Assembly (NCBI GenBank): GCA_950097015.1
Contig: CATNEN010000003.1
Location: forward strand, 6,882,001-6,946,000
DNA from: Macrostomum hystrix
Lineage: Eukaryota > Animalia > Platyhelminthes
DNA: 64,000 nucleotides
Direction of reading: 5' to 3'
Part shown: positions 25,504 through 37,500 of the stretch, in pieces
Position numbering within the stretch: position 1 is the first letter of the stretch
Layout of the letters: every line of letters starts with the position of its first letter
The notes under the pieces: generated by a model
Databases searched by the model: none
Told to the model about the DNA's origin: nothing
Seen by the model: only the letters and a program-made list of their open reading frames with translations
Translations under genes and position numbers: made by a program

Positions 25504-28500
25504 CTAAACAAAAGCTACGGGCACAAGCTGCTGCTGCTGCTGCTGCTTCTGAATCAGCTCCATGTGTTGAAAATTGAAAAATCTCTCTTGACGTCTTCTG
25601 CGCTCCCTTTGCTTGAGGTCGTCAACTTCGGCGTTACCTGTAGATTCCCTCGCCGATTCTCCACCGCTACCGTTGTCGCCTTCAACATTCGCAGAGCACT
25701 CGTTGCTGTCGAGAACCGCGGCTGAGGCAGCGGTAGCCGATGGATTGTGCCCGCCAGCTCGCCTTAGACGCGTCTTCGCTTTTCGTCGGGTTACGTAGCG
25801 ACTACCGTCTGGTCGCCGCTTGACCACCCACTCGGTGCTGGAGACAGCAGCGGTATTCAAAGCGTCGTCGGGGCTGACTGTTTTTGTCTGACAGGCAGCC
25901 GAAACTTTGTGACACTGTGTTGGTGGCTGCGTCTGCTGAATCGCAGGAGGCGGAGGCAGGCCTCGAATTCCCATTCTCGGAACGTGGCCTCGCGAGGGTC
26001 TGCCCGATCGCTGCGTCGATGCTTGGCTCTCGATCGTCGGTCCTATCGTTGCAACGTCGTACAGTGCGTAGCTATCATTGAAAGGACTCCCCGTTGAAGA
26101 CGACGATGGTGAATTCCGTTCCTGACCGCCTGACCTGCCTAGAAGCAGGCTGACTGTCTGGCCTGCTTCAGCAAACAGGCGCACCGTCTGCTCGCGGGTC
26201 AGCACCGGCTGGCCATTGACGCGAAGGATTTGATCGCCCGGACGAATCTGACCCGCCCCGGCCACCTTGCTGCCGGTGTCGATGCAGCCAACAAAGACGT
26301 CAGCAATGTCTGCACCGAAGTCTTCTGACGATGCCTGTCGACGATTGTAGCAGAGTGTCAGGCCGAGCCTCTCACCGGGTGAACTACGGTGCAGTGTCAC
26401 CACCTGCAACGCGAATGCGGGTACTGGATGCATGAATATAATTCTGCTCGAGTGTCATGCCTACCATTCTGTGAATGTTCAGCAATGCGAATTTAATGAG
26501 CAACCAACCTCATAGTCGGTGGATTGTTCATCGGCCAGCTGGTACAACTGCTCGATAGCATCGCCTAGAATGAGATCCTGGCTACTGCTAGACAGACAGA
26601 GAGGTCGCCTAAAGCCAGGGCTAGCTAGGTGCTGCAGATGCTGCCTTTGCTGTGGCTGCGGCTGGCAGGACTGAGGCAGAGGAGCCGACATCAAGGTACG
26701 CAGGCGTCGATGTGAAGGCGCTGCCGGTAAACTGGAAGGCGCTGGCGGTGCAGGCAAAGGTTTAGTCGGCGGAGGTGGTATTCTCAACGGCAGCGGTCCG
26801 CGAGTTGCATTCGACCCTGTAAGCGTTGCTGCGGTCGGCGCCTGCTGCTGCTGTCTAGCCACCTGCACAATGATGGGCTCCTGGGCGTTGCGAAACGCTT
26901 CAACTGCTTCTTCGTGCGTGGCCTGGCTAAGATCTTTGCCGTTTACCTAAAAGGTAACGTGTTATTTCTTTACATTGATTGTGTAGCCTAAGGGACATCG
27001 CATACTGTATAGCGCAGTGTGGTTTAGAGCTTTGAACTCCTAACTGATGGATCCGGAGTTCGAATCTAAACAAAAGTTGTGTCTAATAATTGCTAATAAA
27101 CTGCCTGTCTAACAGGTGTGCTAATAAACTGCCTGTCTAACAGGTATGCTAATAAACTGCCTGTCTAACAGGTGTGCTAATGAACTGCCTGTCTAACAGG
27201 TATGCTAATAAACTGCCTGTCTAACAGGTATGCTAATATACTGCCTGTCTAACAGGTATGCTAATAAACTGCCTGTCTAACAGGTGTGCTAATAAACTGC
27301 CTGTCTAACAGGTATGCTAATAAACTGCCTGTCTAACAGGTGTGCTAATAAACTGCCTGTCTAACAGGTGTGCTAATAAACTGCCTGTCTAACAGGTGTG
27401 CTAATAAACTGCCTGTCTAACAGGTATGCTAATAAACTGCCTGTCTAACAGGTGTGCTAATAAACTGCCTGTCTAACAGGTGTGCTAATAAACTGCCTGT
27501 CTAACAGGTATGCTAATAAACTGCCTGTCTAACAGGTATGCTAATAAACTGCCTGTCTAACAGGTATGCTAATAAACTGCCTGTCTAACAGGTATGCTAA
27601 TAAACTGCCTGTCTAACAGGTATGCTAATAAACTGCCTGTCTAACAGGTATGCTAATAAACTGCCTGTCTAACAGGTATGCTAATAAACTACCTGTCTAA
27701 CAGGTGTGCTAATAAACTGTCTGTCTAACAGGTGTGCTAATAAACTGCCTGTCTAACAGGTATGCTAATAAACTGCCTGTCTAACAGGTATGCTAATAAA
27801 CTGCCTGTCTAACAGGTGCGCTTATAAACAGCCCGTCTAACATGTGTTTTTTTAAACTACCTGTCTAGCAGCCTGTGTGCTAATAAAATCCCTGTCTAAC
27901 AGATGTGCAAACAACGAACAATGGTTTTGTGTATCTTCTATTTATCTACAAAACTTAGAAGCTATTTTTATCGGTCGCTTAAATTCACACAAAAAGCTGC
28001 CACTACCTACTTTAAGTAACAAGTATTATAACTATGCACAAAATAATTTTTGCGTTTAAAATGCTATTGAAATACGATGAACCCGAAGACTTCATATTGT
28101 GACTGCAAAAGGCTATTAATAATGCAGCGATAAATCATCTGCTTCTTTATCAGCTTTGTGTACCTGGATAGGTGCAAAAAATTCAATTGAGAGGCGACTG
28201 AGTGGACAGAGAATGGCGAGGGTGACGGAAGGCTACATCAAAGAGAAACACCGACAATGGGCTCAAGCCGGCATTCACAATCATTCCAACTGACTGAAGA
28301 CTTGAATCGTTAAACGCTATCAGCATTTTTATGCCCAGACTTTCTAAGAAAATTGAAAAATTGACAACTTTAATAGCTACTTGACTTACCTACTAAGAGA
28401 GATAATAAAGTGAAGAAATAATATGTATAGTTCATGTCTTCTGTTTTTTGTTACCTAATTCTAACTTTTTATCATGCAGTCTTCCATGACGCCTTATTAT

Positions 28501-31500
28501 CAACACTAAAACACCTATATTCCCTGTCATTCGCAATCTTTGCTGATATCCTACAATCTTTCCTCACACCCCGTTGTCTTTCCTGACACCCACTGTCTTT
28601 CCTGACACCCCGTTGTCTTTCCTGACACCCCGTTGTCTTTCCTGACACCCCGTTGTCTTTCCAGACACCCCGTTGTCTTTCCAGACACCCCGTTGTCTTT
28701 CCAGACACACCGTTGTCTTTCCTGACACCCACTGTCTTTCCTGATACCCAATTTCTTTCCTGACACCCACTGTCTTTCCTGACACCCCGTTGTCTTTCCT
28801 GACACCGACCATCTTTCCTGACACCCTGTTGTCTTTCCTGACACCCACTGTCTTTCCTGACACCCCGTTGTCTTTCCTTACACCGACCATCTTTCCTGAC
28901 ACCCCGTTGTCTTTCCTTACACCGACCATCTTTCCTGACACCCCGTTGTCTTTCCTTACACCGACCATCTTTCCTGACACCCCGTTGTCTTTCCTGACAC
29001 TCCGTTGCTTTTCCTGACACTCCGTTGCCTTTCCTGACACCCACTGTCTTTCCTTACACCCACTGTCTTTCCTGACACCCCGTTGTCTTTCCTGACACTC
29101 CGTTATCTTTCCTGACACCCCATTGTCTTTCCTGACACCGACCATCTTTCCTGACACCCCGTTGTCTTTCCTGACACCCACTGTCTTTCCTGACACTCCG
29201 TTGCCTTTCCTTACACTCCGTTTTCTTTCCTGACACCCACTGTCTTTCCTGACACCCCGTTGTCTTTCCTGACAACCCGTTGTCTTTCCTGACACCCACT
29301 GTCTTTCCTGACACCGACCATCTTTCCTGACACCGACCATCTTTCCTGACACTGACAATCTTTCCTGATATCCCACTATCTTTCCTGATATCCCACTATC
29401 TTTCCTGACACTCCGTTGTCTTTCCTGACACAGACCATTTTTCCTAACACCGACCATCTTTCCTGACACCGACCATCTTTCCTGACACCGACCATCTTTC
29501 CTGACACCGACCATCTTTCCTGACACTCCATTGTCTTTCCTGACACCCACTGTCTTTCCTGACACTGACCATCTTTCCGGACACTGAAAAATCTTTCCAG
29601 ACACCCGACTGTCTTTCCTGACACCGACCATCTTTCCAGACACCCCGTTGTCTTTCCTGACACCGACCATCTTTCCGGACACTGAAAAATCTTTCCTGAT
29701 ATCCCACTATCTTTCCTGACACCCCATTGTCTTTCCTGACACCGACCATCTTTCCAGACACCCGACTGTCTTTCCTGACACCGACCATCTTTCCTGACAC
29801 TGAAAATCTTTATTGACACCCCGTTGTCTTTCCTTACACCCACTGTCTTTCCTGACACCCACTGTCTTTCCTGACACCGACCATCTTTCCGGACACTGAA
29901 AAATCTTTCCTGATATCCCAATATCTTTCCTGACACTCCATTGTCTTTCCTGACACTCCATTGTCTTTCCTGACACCCCGTTGTCTTTCCTGACACCCAC
30001 TGTCTTTCCTGACACCCACTGTCTTTCCTGACACCCCATTGTCTTTCCTGACACCCCACTGTCTTTCCTGACACCCCGTTGTCTTTCCTGACACCCACTG
30101 TCTTTCCTGACACCCACTGTCTTTCCTGACACCCACTGTCTTTCCTGACACCCCACTGTCTTTCCTGACACCCACTGTCTTTCCTGACACCCACTGTCTT
30201 TCCTGACACCGACCATCTTTCCGGACACTGAAAAATCTTTCCTGATATCCAACTATCTTTCCTGACACTCCATTGTCTTTCCTGACACCCCATTGTCTTT
30301 CCTGACACCCACTGTCTTTCCTGACACACCATTGTCTTTCCTGACACCGACCATCTTTCCGGACACTGAAAAATCTTTCCTGATATCCAACTATCTTTCC
30401 TGACACTCCATTGTCTTTCCTGACACCCCATTGTCTTTCCTGACACCCACTGTCTTTCCTGACACACCATTGTCTTTCCTGACACCCACTATCTTTCCTG
30501 ACACTCCATTGTCTTTCCTGACACCCCACTGTCTTTCCTGACACCCCGTTGTCTTTCCTGACACCCACTGTCTTTCCTGACACCCACTGTCTTTCCTGAC
30601 ACCCACTGTCTTTCCTGACACCCACTGTCTTTCCTGACACTGACCATCTTTCCGGACACTGAAAAATCTTTCCTGATATCCCAATATCTTTCCTGACACT
30701 CCATTGTCTTTCCTGACACCCCATTGTCTTTCCTGACACTCCATTGTCTTTCCTGACACTCCATTGTCTTTCCTGACACCCCATTGTCTTTCCTGACACC
30801 CCATTGTCTTTCCTGACACCCCATTGTCTTTCCTGACACCCCATTGTCTTTCCTGACACCCCATTGTCTTTCCTGACACCCCATTGTCTTTCCTGCAGAC
30901 ACATCTGCGTCTAAAACACTGTTTCCATCGTATTCTCGACACCAATTTTTCATGACACTCTTTTGTGACACCTCAATGTCATTTCTGACACCCCCAATGC
31001 CTTATAAGACAGCCTTCTTCTCTGACATGTCAGTGTTTTCTCAAACAAATATAGCTTCATAAATAAAAAACAGTTAGCCACGTGGAGCCAATGCTTATAA
31101 TTCTCTACAAAACACTAACAACAAACTGGCAAGTTCTCAAAAAGGAAATACAGTCTTCCAGCCTATCTGAATTTAGCCGAAGCTCCGGTTCTGGTGAATA
31201 CAAATTAGTATTATACTAGTATTATACACTGATCTCGTATTCTACGCCTGCAGTTATAGAGTTCAGAGCTGCAATCGCGTGCCTTAATTGTCACCAATCT
31301 GTTTCGCTTCAGGGAACCTTAAATAATACTCGTACAAGTAATATTATAGTAACATTTGCTCACACACATAACGCACGTCAAATCTTTTAAGTAGAATCCA
31401 GCTACCGATTTCTTAGAAACTAATCGATTACTTAGATTTATAATAGTTAGACGTTTACAAAGACATTCACAAATTTGTAAGCACACTTGCATTTTTCAAC

Positions 31501-34500
31501 CGTCAAGGCCATCATCCTCTTTTATCGTCTCTCGTGACTCGATCAACTTTTTATATAAATCGACACTGACAATGTCCTGGTGTTCTATGAAAAACACCGG
31601 CAACATATTATAGAAGCCCTAAAGATTTCTCAGAAAGTCCTTAAGATTTCTCAGAAGGTCCAACAGATTTTCTAAGAAAGTCCTAGAGATTTCTCTGAAA
31701 GTTCTGAGGATTTCTATGAAAGTTCTAAAGATTTCTCAGAAAGTCCTTAAGATTTCTCAGAAGGTCCAACAGATTTTCTAAGAAAGTCCTAGAGATTTCT
31801 CTGAAAGTTCTAAAGATTTCTCAGAAAGTCCTACAGATTTCTCAGAAAGCTCTAAAGATTTCTCAGAAAGTCCTTTGTTTTTTAAATGTTACAAAAAAAA
31901 CAGTAAATAAAATTTTCTTAAATTCTTAAGATTTCATAGAAAATCAAATGATTCTTAATAGAATCGGAATAATTCTTAGAAAATCACTGGGACTTAGCTT
32001 TCTTACTGATTTCTAAGGAAAAATCCTTGGATTTCTCAGAAAATCGTAATTTAAACCGATGTTATTCCTCACTATTAGAATGATCAGAATGACAACATGC
32101 CATAAACTTACACTCAAAACGTAGAAATCCATATGACAGTTTTTCAACACTTTGATTATTTAGGCAGAATATTCATTGCTAATCTGACAAAAACTGTTCT
32201 TCTCTGGGTTCCTTGACAACTTAGAATATATAAACTCCGGGGAAGTCCATTTAAATTTGTCACTTCTAATTATGGACAGGAACTAGCGACTCAGGTGCAT
32301 GAATATTGACTGTTTCTTTTACTCAGCCACACTTGTCTCTTTCCCAGGCGCTTTGTGATTGGTTTTTGGCGTGCAGTTAACGAAAAAATTATTTATTTAT
32401 TCTTCTACTCGCGTCATACTACTTATTTAAGTAAAGTAGGCAGAGGATTAAGTCTGTTTTTAATTTCAAAAGTCTTCATCGCAGTGTTATCTGACACCCC
32501 ACCGTCTAAGCTGCAGACATCAACTGTCTTCTCTGACACCCCACTGTCTTCTCTGACACCCCACTGTCTTCTCTGACACCCTACTGTCTTCTCTGACACC
32601 CCAATGTCTTCTCTGACACCCCAATGTCTTCTCTGACACCCCAATGTCTTCTCTGACACCCCACTGTCTTCTCTGACACCCCACTGTCTTCTCTGACACC
32701 CTACTGTCTTCTCTGACACCCCAATGTCTTCTCTGACACCCCAATGTCTTCTCTGACACCCCACTGTCTTCTCTGACACCCCACTGTCTTCTCTGACACC
32801 CCACTGTCTTCTCTGACATCCCACTGTCTTCTCTGACACCCCACTGTCTTCTCTGACACCCCACTGTCTTCTCTGACACCCCACTTTCTTCTCTGACACC
32901 CCACTGTCTTCTCTGACATCCCACTGTCTTCTCTGACACTCCACTGTCTTCTCTGACACCTCACTGTCTTCTCTGACACCCCACTTTCTTCTCTTACACC
33001 CCACTGTCTTCTCTGATACCCCACTATCATACCAAATCATGCATAGCCATTTAAGAACCAATTAGACTACGATTAGATACTTATATGCTTCATTACAATA
33101 ATGTATATTATATGTCAACATCAATTGGGTGACTTCAGTGTTGTCTCTGTACAGATTTGATGCCAAATGATGAAATCAGCAAGCTCTTGGCAACTACACT
33201 TAGCTTTATCCTCTTAGGCAAATATTTGGCAAGCTTTAGCTCGCTAGTTCAGTTAGTTATATTCTAGTTTCGAGAAATCAATACACGAAAGCTTTTACGA
33301 GGCTGCGTTTACGACCGAAAAAAAATCTAGGGGCAGGGCATTCGTTTTATGAGGCCTATTTTATCGCCAATGACGCCTATGTAGGCACCTATAAATACCA
33401 CTATAAAATACCCTAAGTATAGTCGCTAAACATCAAATAGCTAGTGACGTGTCTTCCCGACAGTGGAAGCCTTTTATTCCATAGGTATATAATCCTGTCC
33501 ATTCATTTTTATTAGTGTTTAAACGCTGCGGAGAACGGGCAATCCTAAATGACGAAATAAGGGTGGCTCTTAAAAAAGGCAAAACGAAGTCTTGGAGACC
33601 CGATTAGGGCTTGGCAACTATTCCCGTAATCGAAGGATTCGAGGCTATCGATATTTCACTCCCCTGTCTCATCTTCTAATCTATCTAATCTCTTTAGTTT
33701 AACCTCCTATCTCATCTTCACATCTTATCTAATCTCTCTAATTTTACCCCCTGTCTCATATTTGTATCTATCTAATCTCTCTAATTTCACCTCCTGTCTC
33801 ATCTTCATATCTTATCTAATCTCTCTAATTTCACCTCCTGTCATATTCGTATTTATCTAATCTATATCTAATCCCCCTGTCTCATCTTCAAATCTTATCT
33901 AATCTCTCTAATCTCACCTCCTGTCTCATCTTCATATATTATCTAATCTCACTAGTTTTAACCCTGTCTCACCTTCTGATCCTCTGGAATCTATTCCAGC
34001 GTCACTCCTTGAACACGTTTTCCATAGCCTCCATAAAAAAACAGTAGACAATTTACGGCACAAAAGTTTTATATTCCAGCATTTGCTTGGATATTACACA
34101 CGATCTGCTTTACGCACGCAAACGCAGACACACTAACACACGTCGAATCAGCGTTGAAAAGACTGCAGTCCAGAATTGAATCCCGAGTCAGCTGTTTCAT
34201 GCCTGCCAACACGCTTGCTGTTTAGCGCTAAAATATCATATCCTACCTCGAGTTTTTTATATTCCAACCCTGTATGTTGCTATGGGGGGGCATAATCCCC
34301 CTCTGCACCCTTGAGGTCTTGTTCACCGAGTGTTTTATCTTGCCGACAGCCTATTTCCAACATATATCTAAATAGGCTTCTAGGAGATGTGTTTCTTTGG
34401 TGTCATTTGCTACGCTTTTATCTCGTGAACCTCAGTGACCCTGAGTGTGTTTAAGAATAACTTTATCTCCCTTTGTCTTATGCATTTCGCTTGATGATGC

Positions 34501-37500
34501 ATCGAAAGTACTTTAGCTAGAACGAAACGAAATTGCAAGTGATAATCAGCAGTGAACCCCTGGTCAACAATTGGCACTTGGCACTGACACCCCTAGTCTA
34601 TCCCTGACATCCCTAGTCTATCCCTGAGACCCCTAGTCTATCCCTGACATCCCTAGTCTATCCCTGACACCCCTAGTCTATCCCTGACGTCCCTAGTCTA
34701 TCCCTGTGACCCCTATAGTCTATCCCTGACACCCCTAGTCTATCACTGACACCCCTAGTCTATCCCTGACGTCCCTAGTCTATCCCTGACACCCCTAGTC
34801 TATCCCTGACACCCCTAGTCTATCCCTGACATCCCTAGTCTATCCCTGTGACCCCTAGTCTATCCCTGACACCCCTAGTCTATCCCTGACGTCCCTAGTC
34901 TATCCCTGACATCCCTAGTCTATCCCTGATATCCCTAGTCTATCCCTGATATCCCTAGTCTATCCCTGACATCCTTATAGTCTATCCCTGACGTCCCTAG
35001 TCTATCCCTGACGTCCCTAGTCTATCCCTGACACCCCTAGTCTATCCCTGACATCCCTAGTCTATCCCTGACATCCCTAGTCTATCCCTGTGACCCCTAG
35101 TCTATCCCTGACACCCCTAGTCTATCCCTGACGTCCCTAGTCTATCCCTGACATCCCTAGTCTATCCCTGATATCCCTAGTCTATCCCTGATATCCCTAG
35201 TCTATCCCTGACATCCTTATAGTCTATCCCTGACGTCCCTAGTCTATCCCTGACGTCCCTAGTCTATCCCTGTGACCCCTAGTCTATCCCTGACACCCCT
35301 AGTCTATCCCTGACACCCCTAGTCTATCCCTGACACCCCTAGTCTATCCCTGACACCCCTAGTCTATCCCTGATATCCCTAGTCTATCCCTGATATCCCT
35401 AGTCTATCCTCTCATTCATAGTCTATTCCTGGCACTCATAGTATATTCCTCTCATTCATAGTCTATTGCTCAAAAGTGACTCAAATTACTCTACAATTCC
35501 AGGCAGTCAAAAGTGAGTACTTACGCACAATATTCGATCGTCATGTTGTAACCCGGCGCGATGAGCTGGCGATCCCGGCGTCACCCGAGTCACCATGACA
35601 ACCGATTTTGTCTGAGGTAATAAATACAAGATGAAGCTTTTCAGTAAAGACATTGTGCAGCATAGTAACAAATTCAGTTATAATAAGGTCACATGAGCAG
35701 TTGCAGTCTTATAAAATGATACACCGAATGTAATTAAGACACTCCGACTGATAAGCCGTGTTTATCTAACAAGACTTGCTTATTCCAACTTTATAATCTT
35801 GTTTAGCTCGTTCTATATGCTCTGATCGCTAATCTATTAGAAGCATGTGGTGGTGGTTATAAGAATCATAATATTGCACAGATCAGCTTCTTAGTTTCCC
35901 GCACCTTGCGAAAATCATCGTCAAACGAGCCGCTACTGGAGGCGATGCTGAAGCCCCAGGCTTGGCCAGTTTGGCATCGGCGCAGTATAACAGTCCGACA
36001 GGATGCGGTACTGACGCAAACGGCTGCCAATGCCGAAGCGTCCGATGGTGCGGCTGCAGACGATGACTCGATTGGGAATGAGAACTTCTCGGGAAATGTC
36101 TGCAAAGATTGTGGTATAAGCTTGAGATTGGTGACACTAGACCCGCAGCCAGTGAGGTGGCAATTCTGCCCACCTCGCTGACTCCTGAGCACACACTCAC
36201 AGGTTTGTACATCTACCTTGACTTTCTCATCGTCAGGCAGTGTACACTCTCACTGTGCCTTGGAGGTTGGCCCTCAAGGGCGTAAACTGCACGACAAGCC
36301 CCCAAGCCTTCTCTCCGTGGCTGCGCCCCAAATGAATGTGGCCTCGCTGCGGAATCGAGCTCAAGGACCTTGGTGCGCGAGGCAAACGCGTTAACCGCTC
36401 TGCCACTCACCCCCTGACTAAGCTATTTAGCCATATAGCTGTGTACACCTGTTCAGTCCGTGGACAAACTTGAGACTAACTCAAACTAATTATGGCTAAT
36501 TATGGGTTTCATTTATTCTATATCGAAATTTGTTTAAGAATAAAAATGGATTTGGAAAAGTACAGTGTTCAATTAGTTTGCACAGCTGCTGTGTGAGACA
36601 AAAAACACTTGAATTGTCTGGCATAATTTATATTCAGAGATCGGTTAGAAACAAAGGACTGTGTTAAATTACAGTTTATAAAGATCGGAGCAATGAAGGT
36701 TGCGGGAAACCACCTGTGCATTTTGGCATTTAAAATTACAAATTAGTTTTTTCCTACTCGCTTACATTAGCGATATATGACAGTGGTCTTCTCGGCCCCT
36801 GACACTTGAGAAGGATTAATATTCTATTTTTTTCTTCATAATTCTTTTCAATCTACCGCTGCTTGTTCCTGTCCCGTCCGTGTCTTTCTGTCTGTCTGTC
36901 TGTCTGTCAGTCTTCCGGTTTTGAAATAGGCCATATTTTATATTTTATAGCGCGGAATTGGAATAGCTGGCTATTGTGTGACTAATTTAGCAGATTTGTA
37001 TTTATATTTGATTTTCATATACTTAAATGCTGGCATAAGTGTCTGTCTATCTATCCAAGTATCGGTTGGAATTGAGATTTTATTGAAAGATTTGCTGTAT
37101 AGCCTGCTTCCGTCTGCTAATTAAACAATGCGGACATTGCTGGAAGAAATACATGGTCATAAGTGAAGAGGTGCAGGCTTTGGCCAGCAAAACTGCTGCT
37201 TTAAGTGAGTTTACACTATCGAGATTGATCAGCGCTCATAATCTACAGATTTCTTGGTTCAGAGGAAAGATTATTTAAAATGGAAATAGAAAAACAGGTT
37301 TAAGGTGACGGAAATCAGTGAAAGAGATATGGAAGGGACAGAGGTGGGAGGGAAGGAGAGTGAAGTAGAGAGATAGAGAAAGAGAGATTTGGTGGTGAGA
37401 TGGTTGGAAGGAGAGATTTGGGAAGGAGAGATATGGAAAGGAGAGATATGGAAAGGAGAGATATGGAAAGGAGAGATACGGAAAGGAGAGATATGGAAAG

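Noticed and set aside
26980-27070. Isolated A/B-box-like fragments (also ~12020-12095, ~41325-41390, ~63310-63345)
   Set aside because: Too short and degenerate to call; probably SINE debris.
28472-33061. Numerous GVRKD/CQERQ/GVSEKT ORFs
   Set aside because: Translations of 19-20-bp arrays inside PDZ-gene intron 3.
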